Source: a bacterium | GTDB taxonomy: Bacteria > Bacillota_I > Bacilli_A > RF39 > UBA660 | Reading direction: 5' to 3' | NCBI GenBank assembly: GCA_030531425.1 | Contig: JAUNNO010000001.1 | Location: 1 to 57,681, forward strand | Length of the DNA stretch: 57,681 nt | Shown here: positions 1 to 7,773 of the stretch, piece by piece | How the letters are laid out: each line of letters starts with the position of its first letter | Numbering within the stretch: position 1 is the first letter of the stretch | Made by a program: the position numbers and the translations under genes | Notes under the pieces: model-generated | What the model saw: only the letters and a program-made list of their open reading frames with translations | Database searches by the model: none | Told to the model about the DNA's origin: nothing

Positions 1-38
1 TTCCTCCTACTTTCTAGATTACATTATTATTTTATCGC

Positions 39-93
39 AAAAAAAAAAAAAAAAAAACAAGTCATTTTTTCATAAATCATGAAAAGCACTTGT
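39..93 (-). terminator. Rho-independent terminator after ORF 105..782 with an unusually long T tract
   Basis: On the minus strand there is a two-helix hairpin (ACAAGT..TTTTCAT-GATTT-ATGAAAA..ACTTGT, + coords 57-93). It starts 12 nt after the stop codon and is followed by T19 (A19 at 39-57 on +). Confidence 0.6.
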
Positions 94-104
94 TCTTTAC
101 AGTT

Positions 105-782
105 TTATAAATTATTTAAATTATATTCTATTCCTTTTTTTAACTCTTTATTAATTTTTTTGTTTTTTGAATTTATATTCTCGTTTTCCTCTAATATAGC
201 ATTCATTCTAATTTTAAATTTAGAATCTTCAAATACATGAGGATTTTGATATAAAATGTATGAAATACATAAATAATAAATTTCATCGCATTTAAAATAA
301 TCTATCCAAATGTTGGTAAAATCATCATCTGAAACATTTGAAGAATGACTTGATAAAATAAGTAAATCATAATACATTAAGTATCTTATTTCCTCTTTTT
401 TACTTTCAATATATTCATCCGAAAAAGATAATATTTTTTTACTTTGAAACCTATCATATAATAAATCTCTATAAAAATTTATTGAATCATCTTCTTTTTG
501 TGAATTTATCAATATTATTATTTCATTTATTAAATCAATTCTTTCTTCGTAATCATCATCTTTTATATTTCTTCCTTCAATTAATAATTGATTTATATTT
601 TCTTTAGCATCATAATCTAAAGCATTCAAACTAGTATAATAATTTATTAAAAGTTTTAATTTTTCTAAATTTTTAATATTAAAAACTATATCAAGACCTT
701 CAAATTTAGAGTTTTCGCTTCTAAATATTATAGAATCTATCATCTTTTTTTCATAATAAGTAATTTTTTTAGAATCATTCAT
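105..782 (-). CDS. hypothetical protein, translationally coupled to lon
   Basis: 225-aa ORF whose start overlaps the lon stop by 8 nt. It looks acidic and helical and has no motif I recognise. Confidence 0.7.
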   Translation of the reverse strand: MNDSKKITYYEKKMIDSIIFRSENSKFEGLDIVFNIKNLEKLKLLINYYTSLNALDYDAKENINQLLIEGRNIKDDDYEERIDLINEIIILINSQKEDDSINFYRDLLYDRFQSKKILSFSDEYIESKKEEIRYLMYYDLLILSSHSSNVSDDDFTNIWIDYFKCDEIYYLCISYILYQNPHVFEDSKFKIRMNAILEENENINSKNKKINKELKKGIEYNLNNL

Positions 783-3072
783 TTATATCACCACTTAAAT
801 ACTCATATACCTCACTATATTTTTTTACAGGTATAAATTGTATTCTTTCTTTTATTTCTTTTGGTATAGTATCTATATCACTTATATTAGAGTATGGTAT
901 AAATATTTTATTTATATTATTTATATATGCTCCTATTACTTTTTCTTTTAACCCACCTATTTTTAAAACATTTCCTCTTAGAGTAATCTCTCCTGTAAAA
1001 GCAATATTATCTTTTATTTTAAAATTTGTAAGATCACTTATTATAGATGTTACAATTGCAACTCCTGCACTAGGCCCATCCTTTTTTAAGGATATATTAG
1101 GTATATTTATATGTATATCGCAATTAAATAATTTATTATCTATATTAAATAATTTATAATTTGATTTTATATAACTTAAAGCTATTTTAGAACTTTCTTC
1201 TATTATATCTCCTACTGATCCTGTTAAAATTAAATTTCCTACTCCAGCATAATGAGTAGTTTCAATATTAACAATATCTCCACCGGTATTTGTACAAGCA
1301 AGCCCTGTTACTATTCCAATCTCACTTTCTACACTATCTATTTCATATAGTCTGTTACCTAAATATTTTTCTATTTTTTTTATATTTAAATTAACTCTTT
1401 TATTTGATATTAAACTATCCATAATTATTTTTCTTACTATTTTTGATATACATCTTTCAAGCTGTCTTAAGCCAGATTCTTTAGTATAATATCTAATTAT
1501 ATTAATAATATCTTCATCAGTTATTTTAATATTTTTAATTCCATGTTTTAAACATACTTTTGGTATTATATATTCTTTAGTAATATCTAACTTTTCTAAT
1601 TCTGTATATCCATTTATATTTATAATTTCTAATCTATCTTTAAGTTCATTGGGAATAGTATCAATACTATTTGCAGTAGTTATAAAAAGTACTTTAGATA
1701 AATCATATTCCTCTTCCAAATAATTATCTTTAAAATATTTATTTTGGCTAGAATCTAAAACCTCCAATAAAGCACTTCTGGGATCCCCCTTATAATCACT
1801 TGACATTTTATCTATTTCATCTATTAAAAATACAGGATTTGAACTTTTAGCCCTTTTTATTCCATCTATAATTTTACCTGGAAGTGATCCTAAATAAGTT
1901 CTTATATGCCCCTTTATAAAAGCTTCATCATCTATTCCACCAACAGATATTTTAACAAAATTCCTTTTCATACTTTTTGCTATAGAATAAGCTAAAGTAG
2001 TTTTTCCAACTCCTGGAGGTCCTACTAAACATATTATTGGAGTATCTATGTTACTTGATCCTTTTTTTATAGCTAAATATTCTATTATTCTTAATTTTAT
2101 ATCATCTAATCCATAATGATTTTTATCTAAGCTATCTTTTATTACATTCAAATCTTCTTCATCTTTTGTAATCGTATTCCAAGGAAGACTTAACATAAAA
2201 TCTAAATAATTTCTAACTAAACTAACCTCAGGAGATATACTAGACATATTTTCATATCTATCTATTTCATATTTTATTTTATGTTTAATATCTTTTGATG
2301 CATTTAGATCTTCCAATTTTAATTTTAAATTGTTTATTTCTTCTTCTTTAAATGATACTTCTCCTAATTCATTTTTTAAACATTTAATTTTTTCTTTTAA
2401 ATAGAAATTTTTTTCATCATTATCTAATTCTTTTTTTACTTTTGTATCTATATTTTTTTCTATATTAAATAGCTGTTGTTCTTTATATATATCTTCTAAA
2501 ATCATTTCAACTCTTTTATTAGAATTAAATTCTAACAAATATTCAATTTTTTTAGAATTATCTATATTTAAATTATCTACAATTATATCCGTTACTTTAG
2601 ATAAATCTTCGCAATTAGATATAAGCGATAATACACTATTACTTATATAAGGTACTTTTTGCACATATTCTTCTATTTCATAATTAAGCTTTTTTAAAAT
2701 TATTTCCTTTGTCTCAGGATCGATATGTTCTTTTGGAAAATAAGATATAATACTTTCTAAAATATCGTTAGGTATATCTAGATATTCTAATACTTTTACT
2801 CTTTTTATACCTTTTAATACAACTCTAATTTTTCCATTTGGAAGTAATAATTTTCTAGTAATATAAGCTAAAACGCCTGTTTTAGGTAAAGATTGTAGTA
2901 AATCAGTTTGACTATTTATTAATTGAGGAGTAACAAGAATCTTAGAATCATGAAACATTTCAGCTTCTTCTATAATACTTTTGCTTGTATTATCATCAAA
3001 TTCTAATTTTATTTCAGCTTCTGGTAAAAGGACTGTGCCTCTTAAAACTATAACTGGTAAATTAAACTTCAT
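775..3072 (-). CDS. lon: ATP-dependent Lon protease (LonA type)
   Basis: 765 aa with an N-terminal LON domain, Walker A GPPGVGKTT, Walker B FLIDEIDK and protease serine motif KKDGPSAG. RBS GGAGGTG lies 5 nt before the ATG. Confidence 0.97.
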   Translation of the reverse strand: MKFNLPVIVLRGTVLLPEAEIKLEFDDNTSKSIIEEAEMFHDSKILVTPQLINSQTDLLQSLPKTGVLAYITRKLLLPNGKIRVVLKGIKRVKVLEYLDIPNDILESIISYFPKEHIDPETKEIILKKLNYEIEEYVQKVPYISNSVLSLISNCEDLSKVTDIIVDNLNIDNSKKIEYLLEFNSNKRVEMILEDIYKEQQLFNIEKNIDTKVKKELDNDEKNFYLKEKIKCLKNELGEVSFKEEEINNLKLKLEDLNASKDIKHKIKYEIDRYENMSSISPEVSLVRNYLDFMLSLPWNTITKDEEDLNVIKDSLDKNHYGLDDIKLRIIEYLAIKKGSSNIDTPIICLVGPPGVGKTTLAYSIAKSMKRNFVKISVGGIDDEAFIKGHIRTYLGSLPGKIIDGIKRAKSSNPVFLIDEIDKMSSDYKGDPRSALLEVLDSSQNKYFKDNYLEEEYDLSKVLFITTANSIDTIPNELKDRLEIININGYTELEKLDITKEYIIPKVCLKHGIKNIKITDEDIINIIRYYTKESGLRQLERCISKIVRKIIMDSLISNKRVNLNIKKIEKYLGNRLYEIDSVESEIGIVTGLACTNTGGDIVNIETTHYAGVGNLILTGSVGDIIEESSKIALSYIKSNYKLFNIDNKLFNCDIHINIPNISLKKDGPSAGVAIVTSIISDLTNFKIKDNIAFTGEITLRGNVLKIGGLKEKVIGAYINNINKIFIPYSNISDIDTIPKEIKERIQFIPVKKYSEVYEYLSGDINE

Positions 3073-3095
3073 GTAGCACCTCCAAATTGATTTTT

Positions 3096-3124
3096 ATTAT
3101 AAAGAAATGAAAATTAAAAGTCAA
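3096..3124 (-). promoter_or_regulatory. sigma-A type promoter of lon
   Basis: Minus strand reads TTGACT - 17 nt - TATAAT, about 20 nt upstream of the lon RBS. Confidence 0.6.
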
Positions 3125-3125
3125 T

Positions 3126-3151
3126 AAAAAAAGTGCCTTTTTTACACTTTT
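3126..3151 (-). terminator. Rho-independent terminator of the 526-aa/66-aa unit
   Basis: Minus strand AAAAGTG-TAAAAAAGG-CACTTTT followed by TTTATT, located about 70 nt after the stop of ORF 3221..3421. Confidence 0.5.
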
Positions 3152-3220
3152 ATTGGTTCTATCAATCTATAATTAATCTCAAATAACAAAATTTTATAAT
3201 TGAAAAGCAAATAAAGAATT

Positions 3221-3421
3221 TTAATTTCTAAATATGTCAATAAGTCTATTTTTAGCTTTTTCTACAAGAATAATTTGTTTGTCTAAAAACTGTTCTTCAT
3301 TTAAAGTATTTTCTATGTAATCCTCATATTTTTCTATTTTTCCATCTATCATATCAATTACAGATAACAAACTTCTTAATTCTAAATTCAATTTATTTTT
3401 CTTATCTTCTAATGAATTCAT
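3221..3421 (-). CDS. small hypothetical coiled-coil protein
   Basis: 66-aa ORF whose ATG overlaps the stop of the upstream 526-aa ORF (ATGA-type overlap at 3421). No recognisable motif. Confidence 0.55.
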   Translation of the reverse strand: MNSLEDKKNKLNLELRSLLSVIDMIDGKIEKYEDYIENTLNEEQFLDKQIILVEKAKNRLIDIFRN

Positions 3422-5001
3422 TATCTCACACCTTTTTTAATTTTTTCTTCATATTCTTCTGGGATTTCTAGATTATTAAGTCCATACTTTTCTTTAGTAA
3501 ACTCATTGTAATTCATAGCTTTACTTTTATCGTCTAGACTAGACAAATATATAATATACTCCTCAGCTACAGTTCTTTCTCTTTCTTTCTTTTCTTTTTC
3601 ACTTACTTCCTTTTTTTCTTGTGTTGGAAATTTTATATCCTCATTTAAATAATTTTTTGCTATATCTATTAAAACTTTATCTTCTTGTTTAACATCAGCA
3701 TATTTTTTATCCAACTTATTAAATATTAATTCGCAAAACATTTTTTGAATAATCGCAAGTTCTTGATCTAATTCATTTTGAATGGTTTTATCTCCATAAA
3801 TACTACGATCAACAATATCATTATAAACTTTTTTATATAATTGTTTAACTTGTTCAATATTCATATTTTTAATTAAATTACTATAATAATTATAAACATC
3901 ATCATACTCTTTATAATCAAAGTCAAATAAAGCTTTTTTATCTTCTACTCTAGGATAAACATAATCATAACTACTACCATTTAGTATTCTAGAATTAACC
4001 ATATCTATCATTTTATCTGTTGTTGTTGGAAACCCAAATTTTTCTGTTTTAAAAACTTTTTCAACTATACTACCATCATTAAAACTTGATTTAGTCATTC
4101 CTACATTTTCTATAGAATATTTTTCTTTTTGCGATGCAGATAATTTTTCAAATCTTTTAAAATAATTTTCTCTTATTTGACTATATTTTTTTAGAAGACC
4201 ATCAATATTACTTACACCATATTTTTTAAATATAGTATCTCTTATAAAAGTCTGGTTTGAATTGTTACCTAAATATACATTATTAAATTTAGGATTATCA
4301 TAATCAATATTAGATATTTCAACATGTTGATCTTTTTCCATAAGTAGTAGTATATCAATTGAAAATCCATACAAATATTCCATATCATTTATATTTTTAT
4401 CAATTCCTGATAATGAATCCATTATACTTCTTCTTTTAGGTCCAGCCATTAGCCTATCTGCTTTAGATTCTATTTCACCTTGCAAATCTATTAATTCTTG
4501 TTTTTCATAAGTAGGTTTATTAGCCTCTTCCATTTTTTTTCTTTCTTGAATTTTTAAATTCTCTGATTGTTCTGCTTTTCTTTTAGCATCATTTTTCATC
4601 ATATTTTCATATGAACTAATATTTGAAAGTGTAGAATTATACTCACTTGTTATTTTGGATAATGCTTCATTTATAGTCTTATGCTCTAAACCTTCTAATA
4701 TTGGTGAGTATTGCAACTTAAATTTTTCTAAATTAGATCTTAACTCATCTATAAAATCACTTTGAATATAATATTTAGAATTTTTTAAATTAGAACTAGT
4801 TTTTTTATTATATTTACCTGTATTGTGAGTTCTATCATTTTCTATATATTTATAAAATAACGCATTTTGCTTTTCATAATTTTTTTTATTCTTTGAATCC
4901 TTTAATTTTACAAGATCAACTATTTTTTTATATATAAAATTCAAGTCACTTAAATGTTTTTTACTTTCTTTTATTTTATCATTATAATCCATATCTACCA
5001 T
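3421..5001 (-). CDS. hypothetical protein (large, Lys/Glu/Asn-rich, no TM segment)
   Basis: 526-aa ORF. AGGAG abuts the first ATG, so the real start is probably the second ATG at 4992 (MDYNDK..), which has a 9-nt spacing. No domain recognised. Confidence 0.75.
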   Translation of the reverse strand: MVDMDYNDKIKESKKHLSDLNFIYKKIVDLVKLKDSKNKKNYEKQNALFYKYIENDRTHNTGKYNKKTSSNLKNSKYYIQSDFIDELRSNLEKFKLQYSPILEGLEHKTINEALSKITSEYNSTLSNISSYENMMKNDAKRKAEQSENLKIQERKKMEEANKPTYEKQELIDLQGEIESKADRLMAGPKRRSIMDSLSGIDKNINDMEYLYGFSIDILLLMEKDQHVEISNIDYDNPKFNNVYLGNNSNQTFIRDTIFKKYGVSNIDGLLKKYSQIRENYFKRFEKLSASQKEKYSIENVGMTKSSFNDGSIVEKVFKTEKFGFPTTTDKMIDMVNSRILNGSSYDYVYPRVEDKKALFDFDYKEYDDVYNYYSNLIKNMNIEQVKQLYKKVYNDIVDRSIYGDKTIQNELDQELAIIQKMFCELIFNKLDKKYADVKQEDKVLIDIAKNYLNEDIKFPTQEKKEVSEKEKKERERTVAEEYIIYLSSLDDKSKAMNYNEFTKEKYGLNNLEIPEEYEEKIKKGVR

Positions 5002-5012
5002 CTCCTAATTAT

Positions 5013-5041
5013 ATATTACCTTAAATAAAAATCAATGTCAA
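5013..5041 (-). promoter_or_regulatory. near-consensus sigma-A promoter for the 526-aa/66-aa unit
   Basis: Minus strand reads TTGACA - 17 nt (TTGATTTTTATTTAAGG) - TAATAT, directly upstream of the AGGAG RBS. Confidence 0.6.
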
Positions 5042-5068
5042 CTATTTCCACATATTAAATATATTTTT

Positions 5069-5097
5069 AAAAAAAAACAAAGAATATTATACTATTC
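5069..5097 (-). terminator. Rho-independent terminator of the gap/vWA/SPFH operon
   Basis: Minus strand GAATA-GTATAA-TATTC followed by TTTGTTTTTTTTT. The TAG stop of ORF 5092..6054 sits inside the hairpin. Confidence 0.55.
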
Positions 5098-6054
5098 TTC
5101 ATTATTTTTTAAATTATCATTAACTTGTTTGTTTATAACTCCAGCAATTGTATTACCTAAATTCATTCCCATAACTGATGTACCAGATGAATTTGGATTA
5201 TTAGCTAAATCTTTTAAAGCCTCTGCAGTATTTAATTTAGTATACATTTCTGCTTCTTCATCATTAACTGAAGTTGCTTTCATTTTTATATGAGTTCTTT
5301 CATACATTGATTTTTTTATTTCCTCTGGAACATCTACATCACTTACTATTATTCTAGTTAAAGATATACCTAAAGAATCTAATGATTCATTAATTTTATT
5401 TATTATACTATCTATTTTATCATTAATTTTTGATGGAATTACATCAAAAGAAACATTTAATGAATTTAAATAAGACATCATCTGTGAAAGTATATAATCA
5501 TCTACTTGTTTTTTTAATTGGTAAAAATCATAACTATCTGCATTGCTATTAACATTTGCTAATAAATTAACTGGATTTGTAACTTTTATACCATAAGATC
5601 CTCTAAAAGAAATCTCCATAGCTCCCCATTTTGGATCATTATATAAAATATCATCATTAGTACTAAATCCAATATTAGTAAATTCAGCTAAAGATATAAA
5701 ATAAACTGATTGTGTTGTAATAACTTCTCCTTCGTAAGCTACTCTTTTCATTGATTGTAATAAAGTATCTTTTATACCTTTAAATATATTTACTTGAAAT
5801 AATGATGGAGCAGATGTATCCATAAAATACATTCCTGGTTCTGTTATTATATCTTTAATAGCTCCATTATCTGTATATATTGCACATTGACCTGGTTCAA
5901 CAAAAAGTCTTGATTCATTTTGAATAACACCATTTTCTGTTGTAACTTTTTGAATTAATATATTTTTATCTATATTTTTATATTTTATAACCTCTCTATA
6001 TGTATCTGATAATTGCCCTGACGTTGCAACATTTATTGCTTTAATAAATCCCAT
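5092..6054 (-). CDS. SPFH/band-7-like protein of the YdjI (COG4260, virion-core-like) type
   Basis: 320 aa. The N-terminal MGFIKAI.. start and overall pattern resemble YdjI-type SPFH proteins. Strong RBS AAGGAGG. Confidence 0.6.
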   Translation of the reverse strand: MGFIKAINVATSGQLSDTYREVIKYKNIDKNILIQKVTTENGVIQNESRLFVEPGQCAIYTDNGAIKDIITEPGMYFMDTSAPSLFQVNIFKGIKDTLLQSMKRVAYEGEVITTQSVYFISLAEFTNIGFSTNDDILYNDPKWGAMEISFRGSYGIKVTNPVNLLANVNSNADSYDFYQLKKQVDDYILSQMMSYLNSLNVSFDVIPSKINDKIDSIINKINESLDSLGISLTRIIVSDVDVPEEIKKSMYERTHIKMKATSVNDEEAEMYTKLNTAEALKDLANNPNSSGTSVMGMNLGNTIAGVINKQVNDNLKNNEE

Positions 6055-6065
6055 ATTATACCTCC

Positions 6066-7184
6066 TTAATTTGACAAATAATCTATTAAATTATTATAAA
6101 TATCCATTTTTAATCCAGCTGTAGTACTTGTTATTGACTGTGGAATACCATTTATTCCTATTTTAGACACATCATACACTCCACCTGAAATTCCTACTCT
6201 AAATCCATACTTTTCCCAAGCAATTTGTTGAATATCTTTATCTTCAAATGCTTTTAAATATTTATTCCCTTTTTCACTTAAAGTTGCTATACAATGTGAA
6301 TTCCATATAGTAGGAGTAGGATATAACATTCTAATTGAATCTTTTATTTCTTCATATCCTTTAGGATTTGAATTTTTAAATTCAATAATACTTTTTTCAT
6401 AATCTACAATCATAGGTTTAGATCCAACACCAGTTTTTAAGTATAATTCAAATAGATCTGCTGGTGTATTATTCATATATCCTGATTTTTGATAAAATTG
6501 TTTTAATTTTGGTAAAACATTATTTATATTATTCTCATTAATATCTCCACCACTCATAATAGAAAGTAATAATCCATAATATGTAGCACCTGGTGATGAT
6601 GTTACAGGATCTGTTGAATTAATATTAATATACCCATATATATCAAGACCTATATCACTCCATTTTTTTCCTTGTAATATGTAGTCAATCATTTTATTCA
6701 TATCAGTAATATAATACACACCATCTTTTAAAGTAACTATATTTTCTTTAATTAAAGCATCAACTACGATATCCCAACTATATATTACAATAGGAGTATT
6801 TAATGTTAGTCCTCCATCAAGTACAGTATATCTTTGTGCTTCATCAAACTTTGGACTTGTTTTATAGTAATCATAAAATCTTTGATCTGAGAAAAATATT
6901 AAATCATACATATCTCCATTTTCTCTTCTAACATCTTCTTTTACTGTTTTACCATTGCTCCAAGTGTCAGATACAAATTTTACACCATATTTTTTTGCTA
7001 AGATTTTATTAAAATCTTCATCCGCTAAAAAATCTTCTTTCCCGCCACCTACAGCTCCATAAATATGTGTTAAATTTTTATTTTTATCTACAACAAATGT
7101 CTTTATGATAACTATAAAAACTATAACAAAAATTAAAATACTCACCCCAATAATTTTTTCTTTTTTACCTTCCTTCAACATCAT
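6066..7184 (-). CDS. membrane-anchored periplasmic-binding-protein-fold (SBP-like) protein
   Basis: 372 aa with one N-terminal TM anchor. Its ectodomain is paralogous to the N-terminal half of ORF 7770..9368 (STDPVTSSPGATYYGLLLSIMSGG vs TQTNTGATAYLGFLNSIAGS). Confidence 0.55.
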   Translation of the reverse strand: MMLKEGKKEKIIGVSILIFVIVFIVIIKTFVVDKNKNLTHIYGAVGGGKEDFLADEDFNKILAKKYGVKFVSDTWSNGKTVKEDVRRENGDMYDLIFFSDQRFYDYYKTSPKFDEAQRYTVLDGGLTLNTPIVIYSWDIVVDALIKENIVTLKDGVYYITDMNKMIDYILQGKKWSDIGLDIYGYININSTDPVTSSPGATYYGLLLSIMSGGDINENNINNVLPKLKQFYQKSGYMNNTPADLFELYLKTGVGSKPMIVDYEKSIIEFKNSNPKGYEEIKDSIRMLYPTPTIWNSHCIATLSEKGNKYLKAFEDKDIQQIAWEKYGFRVGISGGVYDVSKIGINGIPQSITSTTAGLKMDIYNNLIDYLSN

Positions 7185-7773
7185 CTATACTCCTTTTTTC
7201 TAAATTTTCTATAACGTCATTATCTTTTCTAAAAATATCAATACTTGAATTAATATCTAACATTTTTGTATAATTCATATTTTTATGTAATTTATCAATT
7301 TCATTACATATTTTTTTAATATAATTACTAATAGATTTCATAAACTTTTCTTCATCAGAAGTAAGATCAGTTTTATCATGCAAATAAATATATTGATTAA
7401 TTATTTTTATAGTTAATGGTAAATAATAATCAAATCCATCATATACCTGAGTAACTTTATTAGGTTTTTGTTCTAACATACTTATTATTTTTTCAGAAAT
7501 ACTTGTCATTTCTAATATATTTTTATTTAATTCCTCATTTTCTATTTTACTAGAATAATTATTTATTTTTGATATTAAGTAACAATAATGCATAATTAGA
7601 TCTGGATCATATTTTCTTACATCCTTTTCTTTATAAAGAAATATTCCAGCAAAATATGTTATTACAGTTAAAATTAATGATAAAATTAAATCAAAATCCA
7701 ATATTAAATACAAAATAATAAATAATATTGAAGCAAGTAAGGGTGCATATAGATATCTTTTTTTTATCATCAA
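7165..7773 (-). CDS. XpaC-like (5-bromo-4-chloroindolyl phosphate hydrolysis family) membrane protein
   Basis: 202 aa with two N-terminal TM helices followed by a roughly 150-aa helical cytoplasmic part, the XpaC architecture. It overlaps both neighbouring ORFs. Confidence 0.4.
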   Translation of the reverse strand: MMIKKRYLYAPLLASILFIILYLILDFDLILSLILTVITYFAGIFLYKEKDVRKYDPDLIMHYCYLISKINNYSSKIENEELNKNILEMTSISEKIISMLEQKPNKVTQVYDGFDYYLPLTIKIINQYIYLHDKTDLTSDEEKFMKSISNYIKKICNEIDKLHKNMNYTKMLDINSSIDIFRKDNDVIENLEKRSIDDVEGR

